Counted from the stretch's first letter, positions 1-14,860 are shown. The stretch is DNA of 64,000 nt from Eledone cirrhosa (GCA_964016885.1 OZ024754.1:27156001-27220000), one strand, 5' to 3'. Translations and numbers: made by a program. Notes: a model not told the origin generated them from the sequence alone.

Positions 1-800
1 ATATAGAAAACACTCCTCGATGACTAATTTATGAGCCTGTAAAGTTTCAGGAAAATCGGTCGTAAGATGTAGGCCCCTAAGTAATACACAGATATACAGA
101 CACACACACATACTTAATTTTACATATATACATATATATATATATATATAAATATTTATATATATGTATGTATACATATATATATATATATAAATATTTA
201 TATATATGTATATTATACATATATATATATATATATTAATAAATACTTATATATATATATATATATAATGTATGTATATATATAAAACGTGTCTGGTTGT
301 GTTTATGAGGTTGTTAATATTGGTAGAATTCAATATAGGTAGAAGATCGGAAATTAGGAAGAGCTATGGTCTAATAGGACCTTAAGAGCTCTTCAATGTC
401 TGGATCGATAGATCGAAGAAATCTTGGGGAAAGGAGATAAGGAAATGACGAGAGCATATTTAGCCGAGTCTTCTTTGCTTCTAAAGAGATAACGGAAAAT
501 ACGAGTGGCATATAATTACCTCATCCCCATTCACATACACACGAACGCGCACACACCCACCCACACATACACACTAACACGAATACATGCACGTACGCAC
601 ACATACACGCACATACACATACATATATTTGCATTTTTATATACATGTGTATATGTACACATGCACACCCGCGTACAAGTACAAACATGCACACACAAAC
701 ATATATGCATTTGTATACACATGCATATATGTACACAGGCATACATGCACACACATGCATGCACACGGATACACAAACAGAACATACACGCACACAGACA

Positions 801-914
<114 letters not shown>

Positions 915-1140
915 TATATATAAAGTTATATCTGTATATATAAAGTGAGGGTAACAGAGACTGCGCGAATATCTATATAAATATACATATTTTAAATATG
1001 TGGACTTGTAAACTTGCCAGAAAATACGAATTTCGCTGTAAATCGATTTTCGTTCCTTGTTGGGTCTTTATTAGAATGTGTGTACATCATCGAAACAGCC
1101 ACAAGGAAACATGTATATAATGAACTTACATACCCATCCG

Positions 1141-1192
<52 letters not shown>

Positions 1193-1243
1193 TAGTGATA
1201 GTAAGTACGGAGGAGGTGACAGATTATCATTAAGTTTATAACA

Positions 1244-1782
1244 ACAATATCCAATGAAATCACACTTAACAATATCCAATGAAATTACACATAACATTAT
1301 CCAATGAAATCACACATAACAACATCCAATGAAATCACACTTAACATTAATCGAATGAAATCACACATAACATTATCCAATGAAATCTTACATAACAACA
1401 TTATCCAATGAAATAATATATAACATTATCCAATGAAATCACACATAACAACATTATCCAATGAAATCACACATAACAATATCCAATGAAATCCCACATA
1501 ACAATATCCAATGAAATCACACATAACATTATTATCCAATGAAATCACACTTAACATTATCCAATGAAATCACACATAACATTATCCAATGAAATCTTAC
1601 ATAACAACATTATCCAATGAAATAACATATAACATTATCCAATGAAATCTTACATAACAACATTATCCAATGAAATAACATATAACATTATCCAATGAAA
1701 TCTTACATAACAACATTATCCAATAAAATAACACATAACATTATCCAATAAAATAACACATAACATAATCCCATGAAATCAC
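1244..1782. repeat. Minisatellite, ~23-27 bp unit (ACATTATCCAATGAAATCACACATA-like)
   Basis: About 20 head-to-tail imperfect copies with no unique spacers. Confidence 0.95.
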
Positions 1783-2243
1783 AAGCAGACCTGAATCATA
1801 GCTGATTCAATGCAAGAAGGTAACGCCAAGAAGGTAAGCGACCCAAACAAAAGAAGGAAGGATTTTCGAAAAGTTGAGGCGATTACTTTTGTAGACAAAA
1901 ACAACATACAAAGTGCATTCTGTATAAACCATGTACAACATGCTGGTTGCTCACCTGGAGAAAAATATAGTGTCAGAGGAGCAGAATGCGTGCCAGAACG
2001 GGATGCATGGCTGTAAAGAGCAGCCAACTGCCGGTGAACCGACCTATTAGAAGAGACAGTAAAAAGAAAAGAAAAGAGGATAAGAGAATCTTTAGGTTTA
2101 CGGGAGACAGGCACTCTGTCTGTGTAGAGCTTTGGTTTAATACAACACACAAATATCGTTGAAAATTAGAAAATAAAATTAGTAACCCACGCGCGTACAC
2201 GTACAAATCTATATCCACGCACACACACGCACACTTATATATA

Positions 2244-2368
2244 AATAGCGTATATCCTCGAGTAATAGTCGACTCCTATGTTTAGCCACGTCACTCAAAA
2301 GTAGTATCCGTGAAATAGTCGATCCCATAAATTTAACCCTAAACTATGGTCTAAAATATTCGTCTTTT
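2244..2368 (+). mobile_element. Probable pogo/Tigger-like DNA transposon end (MITE fragment)
   Basis: TAGCGTATATCCTCGAGTAATAGTCGAC resembles the TACCGTATATACTCGAGTATAAG-type terminal repeat; internal sub-repeat AATAGTCGA; ends at a (TA)n tract. Confidence 0.4.
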
Positions 2369-2813
2369 ATATATATATATATATATATGATTTTGGTAAT
2401 ATGATTCTAGGTAATATTTACTGATGTATCATTGTATTTCTTCAAATCTTCTTTTAATTTTAATTTAGTAAAGCTGGTTTACAACCGAACGATGATCTAT
2501 TTTTTTGCACTTTTGTCGGCCTTAACATTTGCCAGACAATTGGATTGATATTTTGTGTATTAATCAAAATAATTAATATTTGTAATTCTGCTCCTAACAT
2601 TGAAATGTAGTTGAGCTGGACTATGGGCCCTCCGTGGAGCTATTTTTAGCATTCATGTTAGCCGGACTGTATCCTTCTGCTTCAGCACCAACTACTTGTG
2701 TGTTTACACTTGATGTTGAATGCATGACTACTGGAGGATCTATGTGCGTTTAGTAATAGTAAGACATCCTCTACTGGTGATAGGTCTGATGCCTTTATTA
2801 TGCCTGTTATTTA

Positions 2814-2997
2814 ATAATTGTGTCTACTTTTGGCACAAGGCCAGCAATTATCCCAGTGCATTACTGGTGCTTTATTTTATCGACCCCGTAAGGATGAAAG
2901 GCAAAGTTAAGCTCAGCGGGAATGGAAATCAGACCGTAAAGTGCCGTAACTCTATGCTGCAAAGCATGGCGTCCAACCTTCTACCAATAATGGTAAT
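2814..2997 (-). mobile_element. tRNA-derived SINE, family A (diverged)
   Basis: Shares TTTTGGCACAAGGCCAGCAAT...TTTATCGACCCCGTAAGGATGAAAGGCAAAGTTAA with more than 15 other copies in the window. Confidence 0.85.
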
Positions 2998-3420
2998 ATG
3001 CATCATTAAAGAGGCGAGAATTTTAAGTGCATAGCTGTCAACATCGATAGACACACTTGTTGAAAATCGCATGTCGTGTGTGTCTGTCTGTGTGTTACTA
3101 TCTGAGTGTGTATGCGTGTGTATGTGAGACTGGGCATCAATAAGATTTATATGCAATAAACATGCAAATCATCCTTTCTTTCTTAAATAGCTCCTCTTAA
3201 TTTTTTTCGTTTCATGGAATTTCCAAGGGTCCAGCTAGAAATAACGATTTTAATTATTGGACTCAAGGGCACATGTCAGTGAGGATAGTACAAGGACGAT
3301 AAACAACACAAAGAGGTATTTGCATCGGAGGAAGGGAGGGGGCAACATCGAAAAAGGCAATACTGATTACAACATTTCAAATGAATAAATAATAATAATA
3401 TTAGCACAAAAATATAATAT

Positions 3421-3829
3421 AATTGTTTCTACTTTTGGCACAAGGCCAGCAAATACCCAGTGTATTACTGGTACTTTATTTTATCGACCCCGTAAGGATG
3501 AAAGGCAAAGTTAACCTCGGCGGGATTTGAACTGACAAAAATACAATATAATACTGACGATAACATTATTATGGGTGATGATGTGGATGATGATAGTTAT
3601 TTTAAACAAAATATTACTAATAATAACATCAATAATAAAAATAATTGTTTCCACTTTTGGCACAAGGTCATCAATTACCCAGTACATTACTGGTACTTTA
3701 TTTTATCGACCCCGTAAGGATGAAAGGCAAAGTTAACCTCGGCGGGATTTGAACTCAGACCGTAAAGGGCCGTAACTATGCTGGAAAGCATGGCGTCCGA
3801 CCCTCTACCGATACTGCCAATCCACCGCC
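3421..3829 (-). mobile_element. Two SINE family A copies (partial 3421-3535; full-length 3641-3829)
   Basis: Minus strand begins GGCGGTGGATTGGCAGTATCGG (A-box) and has GAGTTCAAATCC (B-box); AATAATAAAAATAAT target duplication flanks the full copy. Confidence 0.92.
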
Positions 3830-4732
3830 ATTAATAATAAAAATAATAATGAATAATCTATATTCTATTATTAGAATTCAATAAAATTGACATTGATTTA
3901 GAAAAGGGAAGAATATTATCAAGTCAAAAAAATTGTATTTTGTATTCAAACAAATGAAAAAGCAATATCCGTTGTCGATTCTTTAATGATTCGTATGCTG
4001 CCTCTCTCTCTATATATACTCAATTACAAAGCTGTGTTGTACAAGCTGTCCGTAAATTTACAGACAACATCCAAATGCACTCATGATATTTAACAAAACA
4101 TTCAACTCTAATGTAAATAGGAAAGACAAACAGAATATTTGTAAGATGAAACATTTAAAGGATGCCAATATGGTGTGCATAGGCGTTGATACGATTATTG
4201 TTTGGAAATATTTCCATTGCTTCATAATTCCATGATAATAATATTGATTAAATATTGAATGTGCATTATTTGCCCTTCAAATCAATAAGGTTACATGAAT
4301 GTATGTATGTATATATTTATGTTGCATGCATGTTTGTATTTATGTATTCTTGTATGTATGTATGTCTGCAAGTTTCTATATTTGTATATATGTATATATG
4401 GCTGTTGATGTATGTGTATGTATGCATATATGTTCGTCTGCTTGTATGGATATTTCAATGCGTATGTGTATGCATGAATGTACATTTGTATGTATGTATG
4501 TATGTATGTATGTATGTATGTATGTATGTATGTATGTATGTATGTATGTACGCTTGTGCGTATGATGTGCGTATATGCACTCTTACCAATCTATGTAAAA
4601 CGTTCCGGGAAAGTTGGTGACGCACACACTAGAAAAGTTTTATTGGTGTGAAATATCAATCCTGATGGTTTCAGAAGTATTGATACCACTGGGGCACCTA
4701 AACAAACACACACACACACACGCGCGCGCGCG

Positions 4733-4798
<66 letters not shown>

Positions 4799-4910
4799 AA
4801 CACAGACAGATATAAAAGAAACGGATGAGCTACGCGTTGCGAAATTTTGAAATGTGGTGCGTCCTATCGCAAATGACCATAACAAGAATCGATCCCGATA
4901 AATAATTAAA

Positions 4911-5015
4911 TAATTGTTTCTACTTTTGGCACAAGGCCAGCAATTATCCAGTGCATTACTGGTGCTTTATTTTATCGACCCCGTAAGGATGTAAGGCAAA
5001 GTCAACCTCGGCGGG
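4911..5015 (-). mobile_element. SINE family A, 5'-truncated
   Basis: Core and 3' tail match the other copies. Confidence 0.85.
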
Positions 5016-5103
5016 AATAGTTGATAAAAATCATGTATATACGTCTATGCATATTTTCCCGCGTCCATTATATTATATACGGAAATGTATGTACAACCCA
5101 CCA

Positions 5104-5560
<457 letters not shown>

Positions 5561-5773
5561 GATTCAACATTGAAGACAGATGAGTTGCGTAACGTCGAGT
5601 GCTTTTCTCATATTACGCCAAGGTTAACATTGCAGAATGACTAATTCTACCCAGCGGTAAACCACCAAATTTAAAAGAGATGTCAACATGAATGGGCGTG
5701 TTATTTTTATCTAAAGACATTTTTTCCAATTCCAACCGGCCAGTCCCCTCAATCTATCTTATTTCTCATTCTT

Positions 5774-5808
5774 TCTTCTGATGAAGGACTGCGTCCGAAA
5801 CGTTAAGA
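5774..5808 (+). ncRNA. Minimal type I hammerhead ribozyme (PLE-type)
   Basis: TCTT-CTGATGA-AGGAC TGC GTCC-GAAA-CGTT-AAGA; palindromic ACGT stem III; homologues at 45619-45654 (+) and 17857-17891 (-, GAAA changed to GACA). Confidence 0.8.
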
Positions 5809-5892
5809 CCCACTTCCTGCTATTTCAAGCGTTAACCTAATATATTCCTTCCACATACTGTACCGATTGTGTTGCTATTTCTGTTTACCTTT

Positions 5893-5932
<40 letters not shown>

Positions 5933-5964
5933 GAAGTGGTTACACAACAGTTAGTTCAATATAC

Positions 5965-6002
5965 CGAGAACAATTGTTTCACCTTAGTGAATCCTCAGCT
6001 CG
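5965..6002 (-). ncRNA. Minimal hammerhead ribozyme in PLE 3' terminal repeat
   Basis: Minus: CGAG-CTGAGGA-TTCACTAAGGT-GAAA-CAATTGT-T-CTCG; lies about 200 bp downstream of the GIY-YIG fragment on the same strand. Confidence 0.75.
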
Positions 6003-6184
6003 TAATGGACATGGTTATACGGAACAGGAAGGACAATCGTACGAACGCGCATGCGTAGAAACCGTCACTTCACACAGACAATACTAAATTGCGTGCGAGA
6101 GGTGTAAGGGAGATAACTGCGAAAGTCCGAAAGTTTCTAGTTGATTAGAAAATTAGGATGTTGTTGTAATTCAATCGGGAGCTT

Positions 6185-6575
6185 TGTAAGAGGTGTTTCC
6201 AGACGTGTGGACAACGTGTGAAGAATTCAACCTTGAGTTTAGGCAATCGCTATTGCGTAATCTCTTTAGAATATTTATTCGCTCATCAATACATAGTCCA
6301 CACGACGGATTATCCCTTACGTATGGCTTGGACTTAGTAATGGCTTTCCATTGAATGGAGTAGTCTATACGCGTTTCGTGGATGAACGTCTGTCCGGGTA
6401 CCTAAATGTCGACTGGTGGTTCAGGAAGCCTTCGTTAAATCGCCCCTTCGCCATGCCCACATAGGATTTGACTTCCTGTGGTTGATTTGGTCGGTTGGAA
6501 GTGACCACAGTTTTATAAACTACAGCGGGTGTGTTGCGTTGCTGTTGAAGGGGACAAGCTTCCGGCTTACGGCAA
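6185..6575 (-). pseudogene. Penelope-like retroelement GIY-YIG endonuclease fragment (frameshifted)
   Basis: Manual translation: CRKPEACPL..AVVYKTVV..KSYVGMAKGRF..NHQSTFR / YSIQWKAITKSKPY..CGLCIDERINIL..LNSR / EFFTRCPHVWKHLL. Not in the ORF track. Confidence 0.85.
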
Positions 6576-7429
6576 GAGCCAGATTTGCATATAAGCAGAC
6601 TGATCAGTGGATCTGGTAATATGCAGATCTGACTGATCAGCCAGTCTGCTAATATGCAAATCAGGCCGATCAGTCACTGTGTATTTTTGAAAATAGCTTA
6701 TATTTTCACTAGCTCTGACAGTTTGGCAGGTGAACAGTGAGCTGTACTGATGAAGGGTGATACCCAGAAACATTAGTCTCTGCAGTTCTGTTCACATGCC
6801 AACACAAGAGCAAGAATGAAGTGTTCATTCTACTGACATGGCTATAACATTGAGGCTTGTTTGGATAATTGCAAACGAATAGAATGTTATTATTAATATT
6901 CGAAAAACTCAGATTACATTTATATATATATATATATATATATACTTTACTCCGTCACTCCTATGTGGGAAAAGTACGTTGAGTGCTTGAATTGAATTGT
7001 ATCAATGTTTACCCTAATATATATATATATATTCACCTATCGCGTATACACACACACATTTACACACACACATATATATATATAGAAAGCACAATTTGAG
7101 AATACATGTTGGATTAGATAATTGTTTTTAGCAGAATAAATATTCTTGGAGAAAGGAAGTTCCACAGTTCCATATTAATGAGAATACATTGGTCTGGTTG
7201 ATTTACTGGAAGAGGATTAACTAAATATGACGACGAAACAAATTTTTATACAATTAAATCCCAATGAAATCCGATTAACTGAATTTCGATCCAATTAACA
7301 AATCGCCGCCATATTGTCAGCAGAATAAGATTGTTGTTATATAAGTGAGAGAAAGTGAATGAATAATACTACATTACCGAAAGTGTATAACATTGCATAT
7401 GTGGAAGTATGACGGTAATAATAACGATG

Positions 7430-8030
7430 ATTTCGGATTTAGGCACAAACCCAACAATTTTGGGGGGAAGGGAAAGTAGATTAAATCGACTCCAGTTCGT
7501 TACAAGTACTTTATTTTATCGACCCCGTAATGATGAAAGGCAAAGTTACCCTCGGTAGGATTTGAACTCAGAAAGAAAAGGGTGATAACTCTATGTCGTA
7601 AAGCAGATTTGTCCGATGCATCCACCGCCCTAATGGTAATAATTATTTCTACTTTAGGTACAAGGCCTGCTATTTGAAGGGGGAGGGGGTATTAAATCGA
7701 CCCCACTGCATTACAGGAACTTTATTTTATCGACTCCGTAATGATAAAAGGCAATACTGACCTCGATGGGATTTGAACTCAGAACGTAAAGGGCAATAAC
7801 TATGCCTCAAAGCATATTTGTCCGTTTTATCCACCGCCCTAATAGTAATAATAATAATAATTTCTAATTTAGGCGCAAGGCCAGCACATCAAGTCGATTA
7901 TATCAAGTCGATTATATCAAGTCATTACTCTATATTTTATCGACCCAGCACATCAAGTCGATTATATCAAGTCGATTATATCAAGTCGATTATATCAAGT
8001 CCATTACTCTATATTTTATCGACCCCGGTA
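7430..8030 (-). mobile_element. Tandem cluster of SINE family A variants (7430-7629, 7641-7839, partial 7860-8030)
   Basis: Repeated AGGCACAAGGCC...TTTATCGACCCCGTAA...GGATTTGAACTCAG...TCCACCGCC. Confidence 0.85.
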
Positions 8031-8475
8031 AGAAGAAATGCAAGGTTGAGCGCAATATAAACACACACTCGACTATTACTGCAACATAAATGCATGCAAG
8101 GACCCTGAACTCCCGATAAAGTCGTTTTCTTTAACCTTTATAGCAGTTTTATAGCGTTTTTATAGTTATTTAAACCTGTTTTGAGACTTCCGTTTGCTCC
8201 AACAACCAATGTTCAAGTCGTTTAATTTAACAGACAGCTTAACGTTTAAGTGGGTGAATATTTGACGTCAAATAAAGCGTTTTGCTCAAGGACACATAAG
8301 TCACCAGTAATCGAACTCGTCACATAATGATTCGATGGTCAACACTCTAACCATTAAGCCTCGCACATTCACCGCTGTCCGCACACAATATGTCATATCT
8401 ATTCTACACATGTATTGTTCTTTGCATATTGTATACGCACGCGCACATACACACACACATACACAGCCCCACACA

Positions 8476-8513
<38 letters not shown>

Positions 8514-8974
8514 CACCACCCACCATATATATGTGTATGTGTACGTGTGTGTTCAAATCTGTGTGTATGTATGAGGTTATTGACCTCTTTCAATGGTTGT
8601 TTTAAATGAAAGAATAAGTTTGCCAGTCTTTCATGCAACTGTGTTGCCGGATACATCGTCATAGGAAGTAAACATACACACACACATTTACATACACACA
8701 CACACACACACATATATTCACATACACTCACACACACACATACATTCACATATACTCACAGACACACACTTTCACATACATTCACATACACTGACATACA
8801 TACACACACACATACACACGCGCACAGATACATTCTCTCACACATACACACAAACACACACACACTCACACGCACAAACACACGCTGATACTTATGTATA
8901 TATATCGTCTGCCAAATAAATAAATTCTTTTTACTTCGTTTTATTTTCTTTTTCTCTCTCTTCTTTTTCACCCC

Positions 8975-9312
8975 CTCCACTTTCACCACCTGCTCCCACC
9001 ACTTTCACCCCCTGCCCCATCCCCCACTTCCCCCCACTTGCACCCCACCCCCACTTGCACCCCACCCCCCACTTTCACCACATGCCCGCCCCCCACTTTC
9101 AACACATCCGTCCCCCCGCTTTCACCCCTCCCCCCAACACTTTCACCACATCCATCCTCCCACTTTCACCACCTGCTCCCCCCCTCCACCACCTACCCCC
9201 TCACCACCTGCCCCCACTCGTTCACCCCCCGCTTTCACCACCTACCCCCACTTTCACCGCCTGCCCCCCCCCCACACTTTCACCACACACCCACTTTCAC
9301 CACCTGCTCCCA
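8975..9312. repeat. C-rich minisatellite (CCCCACTTTCACCACC-like)
   Basis: Repeated CACTTTCACC motif; the opposite strand has G-runs. Confidence 0.85.
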
Positions 9313-9519
9313 CCGTTAGTAATTATTTCACAACAATTATAAATACAATGGTTTCTGATGTAGGCACAAGGCCAGCAATTTTGAGGGAGGGGGGGGGGGG
9401 GGGGAAAGACCCCAGCGCGTGACTGTGTTCATATACTCATTTATATCATAATTATCATCATCATCATTATCATATTTATCTTGCTTATCAGCCGATACAC
9501 CGACATGCTCATGATCACA

Positions 9520-9571
9520 ACCCCACCACCACCACCACGACCACCACCTCCACTACCACCAACACTACCAC

Positions 9572-9602
<31 letters not shown>

Positions 9603-10441
9603 ACTACCACCACCACCACCACCACTACCACCACGACCACCACCTCCACTACCACCAACACTACCACCTCCACTACCACCACCACCACCACTACCACCAC
9701 CACTACCACCTCCACTACCACTACCACCACCACCACCACTACCACCACGACCACCACCTCCACTACCACCAACACAAACACCTCCACTACCACCACCACC
9801 ACCACTACCACCTCCACTACCACTACCACCAACACCACCACCACCACTATCACCAACACTACCACCACCACCACCACCACCTCTACTACCACTACCACCA
9901 CCACTACCACCAACACTACCACCACCACCACCACCACTACTACCACCTCCACTACCACTACCACCACCACCACCACCACCACCACCACTACCACCTCCAC
10001 TACCACCACCACCACCACTACCACCACGACCACCACCAACGCTACCACCTCCACTACCACCACCACTACCACCTCCACTACCACTACCACCACCACCACC
10101 ACCACCACTACCACCAACACTACCACCACCACTACAACCACCACCACCACTACCACCTCCACTACCACTACCACCACCACCACCACCACCATTACCACCA
10201 ACACTACCACCTACACTACCACCACCACCACTACCACCAACACTACCACCACCACCACCACCACCACTACCACCAACACTACCACCACCACCACCACCAC
10301 TACCACCTCCACTACCACTACCACCACCACCACCACCACCAACACTACCACCACCACCACCACCACCACCACCACTACCACCAACACTACCACCACCACC
10401 ACCACCACTACCACCTCCACTACCACCACCACCACCACCAT
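9520..10441. repeat. Cryptic (CCA)n triplet array with CTA/CCT/ACA interruptions
   Basis: About 920 bp of in-register triplets; source of the poly-Pro, poly-Gly and poly-Val ORFs. Confidence 0.95.
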
Positions 10442-10589
10442 TTGTATTCGTCAATAGCCGAAACCGTTAATAGTTTCTAAATATGGTATCTGTGTTCCAT
10501 TGTCATTGATTATCGATTAAGTATCAGTGTTAAATAACCCCCCCCCCTCATCCATATAATTGGGTTACTAATCATTTTAACGGTCACCC

Positions 10590-11745
10590 CTTCACACACC
10601 CCCACATAAAACCCTACACACACACACATATACACCCACACACTCACATAAACACCTACACACACACATATACACCCACACACTCACATAAACACCTACA
10701 CACACACACATAAACACCCACACACACACATATACACCCACACACTCACATATACACCCACACACTCACATAAACACCTACACACACACATATACACCCA
10801 CACACTCACATAAACACCTACACACACACACCGTTTCACACTCACACAGTCATAAACATATCCACATCCACATCCAGCCAGAAACTCACACGACGACGAA
10901 AAACATACACAAATATTCACACAGTCACACACAGTCACACACACATATACTCCAGCCTACACACACAAATACATCCACAAAGCTAGACATGCACACGCAC
11001 ACACACACTCACAAACACACATATATACACAATCACCCACAACTCAACATTTATACAGCCACACTCACACATACACACACTCACAACCACACATATATAC
11101 ACATTCATCCACAACTCAACATGTATACAGCCACACTCACACACACACACACTCACAACCACACATATATACACATTCATCCACAACTCAACATTTATAC
11201 AGCTACACTCACACACACACACACACACTCACAAACACACATATATACACATTCACCCACAACTCAACATTTATACAGCCACACTCACACACACACACAC
11301 TCACAAACACACATATATACACATTCACCCACAACTCAACATTTATACAGCCACACTCACACACACACACACTCACAAACACATATATACACATTCATCC
11401 ACAACTCAACATTTATACAGCCACACTCACACACACACACACTCACAAACACACATATATACACAATCACCCACAACTCAACATTTATACAGCCACACTC
11501 ACACACACACACACACGCACACTCACAACCACACATATATACACATTCATCCACAACTCATCATTTATACAGCCACACTCACACACACACTCACAAACAC
11601 ACATATATACACAATCACCCACAACTCAACATTTATACAGCCACATTCACACACACATTGACAAACACACATATATACACATTCATCCACAACTCAACAT
11701 TTATACAGCCACAATCGCACACACACACACACACTCACACTCGTG
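10590..11745. repeat. CA-derived minisatellites (~40 bp unit at 10590-10830; ~60-65 bp unit at 10995-11745)
   Basis: Unit CACAACTCAACATTTATACAGCCACACTCAC(AC)n...ATATATACACATTCA repeated about 12 times. Confidence 0.9.
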
Positions 11746-12169
11746 CACAAACACATACATTTACTTATTCATCCACACAGCAAGAAACACAAACACACGC
11801 AATTACACATTCATCCATGCAGCCATAAACGCACAAATATACACTCACACAGACACAAACACACACAATTGCAAATGCATCTACAGCTTAACATGCATAC
11901 AGCCACAGACGCACGCACACAGTCTGTTGTACAGGCACACACACACACAACCACACGTTCACACCCTCATACATCCACTTAATCAGACGCACACACATGC
12001 ACAGACGCATACACTTGCACATACACACACACACACGCACTTGCACAGTCACACACACACACACACACATACAGTTGCACATCCACACAATTGTATGGCA
12101 AATACAAAACAGTGTCTCTCATCTCGCCATTTTTATCTCTTCTCGGTGCAGGGCATCAAGTCTCGGTCC

Positions 12170-12170
12170 T

Positions 12171-12207
<37 letters not shown>

Positions 12208-12234
12208 GAGAGAGAGGTAGAGAGAGAGAGATAG

Positions 12235-12287
<53 letters not shown>

Positions 12288-12391
12288 GAGAGAGAGAGAG
12301 AAAGAGAGGTAAGTAGAGAGAGAGAGAGAGAAAGAGAGGTAGAGAGAGAGAGAGAGAGAGAAACGAACTGCCAACAGACAGGCATTGGGGT

Positions 12392-12422
<31 letters not shown>

Positions 12423-12516
12423 AAGAGAGGCAGGTAGAGAGAGAAAGAGAGAAAGAGAGGCAGACAGAGAGAGAGAAGGAGAGAGAGAGACCAACTGCCA
12501 ACAGACAGGCATTGTG

Positions 12517-12566
<50 letters not shown>

Positions 12567-12825
12567 GTAGGTAGAGAGAGAGAAAGAAGGCAGAGAGAGA
12601 GAGGGAGATAGATGAACTGCCAACAGACAGGCATTGTGGTAGAGAGAGAGAGAAAGAGAGAGGGAGAAAGAGAGGTAGGTAGAGAGAGAGAAAGAGAGGT
12701 AGAGAGAGAGAGACGAACTGCCAACAGACAGGCAGTGAGGTAGGTAGAGAGAGAGAGAGAGAGAGAGAGAGACGAACTGCCAACAGACAGGCGGCATTGT
12801 GGTAGAGAGAGAGAGAGAGAGAGAC
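12170..12825. repeat. (GA)n array punctuated by AACTGCCAACAGACAGGCATTGTGGTA
   Basis: Five copies of a ~27 bp motif separated by variable GA tracts. Confidence 0.9.
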
Positions 12826-13049
12826 GCTAGGGCTTGCCATTTATAGTCTTACGTAAATAATCAACGATAATAGATGTATATAAACGAAATATTGGTAAGA
12901 ATGAATCTATTTTCATGCCACAATTTATATAACAACACTTTTAATGCTGACATCGAGACATCACGTAGCCATAACACACTACCATGCAGTTGATCTTGCT
13001 AGTGATGGTGATAGTCCTCCGTCGTTTGTGACCAACAGTGTTCCGGTTG

Positions 13050-13335
13050 TTTGAATAACAGAAAATAACCTGTTTAGGAAATTAATGTGCAAGTGGCTGA
13101 GCATTTCACAGACACGTGTACGATCGACGCAATTCTCAGGGAAATTCAGCGAGACATAACGTGACAAGGCTGGCCGTTTGGATGACAGATGCAGATCATT
13201 TTTCCATCTGAATGGATTGGAGCAACGTGAAATTAAGTTCCTTGCTCAAAGGGAACAGCGCTCCGCTGGGAATCGAAATCACGAATTTATGGTCGAGAGT
13301 CGAACACCTTGTCTACGAAGCCACGCGCCTCCACA
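13050..13335 (-). mobile_element. SINE family B (GGAGCAACGTGAAAT..AAGT..TTGCTCAAG)
   Basis: Same core at 8250-8370, 34370-34641, 52370-52520 and 60360; minus-strand head has B-box-like GATTTCGATTCC. Confidence 0.75.
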
Positions 13336-14289
13336 CTTCCGTTCACACATACACTCTATTACAAAGCTATTTGTACATTAATTTCATGATTACCCTGTTG
13401 ATCGAACAGGAACGCTCATCGCCGATACTGACGGAAACATTACATTGAATGATGTGTTTTAAAGAGTAAATACATTTGTCTAAATTTATATTTGTTTTAC
13501 TTCAAGTTCAATATTCTTATCTCAATTTAATGTTTGCTCAAAAAAAGAATGCACCAGAGGTCATAAACTATATAGATACCATTATTGTTTGTCTCATATT
13601 TATATCCTAATAAATTCTGTATATTTTAGGACAGGCTGTAATTATATCTATTCAGATATTTACAGAATTAATTAGTTCCAGTATGAAAATAGTTTTGATG
13701 CTCCAAGAATAACTTATCACAATTTTCTTTAAGTTACAAATTTAGACATTATTGTGAATGATTTTAACGGAATTCATTCAATATATTTTATCATATTTAG
13801 ACCAAATGCGATATACTTGTATATTCTATTTCTTTACTTTAATACTGTGACGTCTTCCCAGATAATATTTACGTAAAATCCATGATAATTCGAACATAAA
13901 ACTAGGAACATTTTCAATGGCTAGACTGTATTATATTAACTGTAAACCATTTTCTCCGTGAGTCAGGCAAATGCAAAGTTCTAACGAAAATGTTGTAAAG
14001 ATCATTTTGATTTCAAATTCATGAAACACAAAAGTAAGATAAGAAAATGGTTGGGAGTGAGACTTTCTAAAATGCTTTAAGTTATACCAGAAATCCAGAT
14101 TCTCTTAATGGTGGTGTCTGTACGTACATGTATCAGTATATGCGTATATATATGTCTCTTGCTCCACTGGACAATGAAACAGGAGTTCTGTGTCATTCCT
14201 TTGTATTTTTCTTTTTTTTAAATAATTTTTTAAGGTTTCCCCTTTAAAAATTTGTTTTTCATTTTGCCGTGTTTTCGTTCGTCGTCAGA

Positions 14290-14860
14290 ATTGAAAAGAG
14301 GATTATTATGAACCAGATACATTTGGCAGGTCATGTGGTCAGGATGGAAGATGGAAGGCAGCCGAGGCCATTATTTCATGGGGAGCTGACTAGAGGAAAT
14401 TTTCCACACCAAAAACCAACCAGAGCGGTTGAGGTATATCAAAAAAGACAATTTTAAAGTTTTGAAGATTGATATGGAAAACTGGGAGTCATTGGCTGAA
14501 GGCTATATATTATGGGGAATGATCATTAAGAATGGATGTGATGTATTTGAGAAAAGGCGAGTAGAACATACTGCTTTCAAGCGTTCACTCCGTAAGCCGG
14601 ACACAAGTGCAATGCCAGCAAAAACCCAGCAGTTATTAAAGTGCAACGTATGTGGCCGATTTCTTCTTTCAAGAGCTGTATTTGTTACCTATCTGTCGCA
14701 CGAACAGAGGAGAAACCGATCCACATGCGAGATAGTTTCATTTGCAAGGCAGCGTGGTTTCATTTGCAAAGCAGCTGGTTGAGTTGATCATGATCGTGCA
14801 TTGTTCAATGAAAGGACGGCACTCTTCTGACAAGAAATAGCAATCAACATTATGTTCGTG
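14290..14860 (+). pseudogene. RTE-clade LINE 3' fragment (RT C-terminus plus C2H2-like finger)
   Basis: QIHLAGHVVRMEDGRQPRPLFHGELTRG / IDMENWESLA..W..IKNGC..FE / CNVCGR..LSH, with frameshifts. Confidence 0.85.

Noticed and set aside
1244-1782. CRISPR-like regular repeats
   Set aside because: Head-to-tail units with no unique spacers, no cas genes and a eukaryotic context.
1810-2016. 68 aa ORF with faint GIY-YIG C-terminal resemblance (RKVEAITF)
   Set aside because: Too few conserved residues and no adjacent HHR found.
3740-3829. tRNA gene candidates (A/B boxes)
   Set aside because: These are SINE heads, continuous with the SINE body and lacking a cloverleaf.
9441-10470. Long poly-Pro / poly-Gly / poly-Val ORFs (extensin- or formin-like)
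   Set aside because: They are translations of a (CCA)n array that is open in several frames on both strands, with no unique domain or splice evidence.
12360-12805. Constant 27 bp motif with variable spacers
   Set aside because: The spacers are just (GA)n tracts of varying length.
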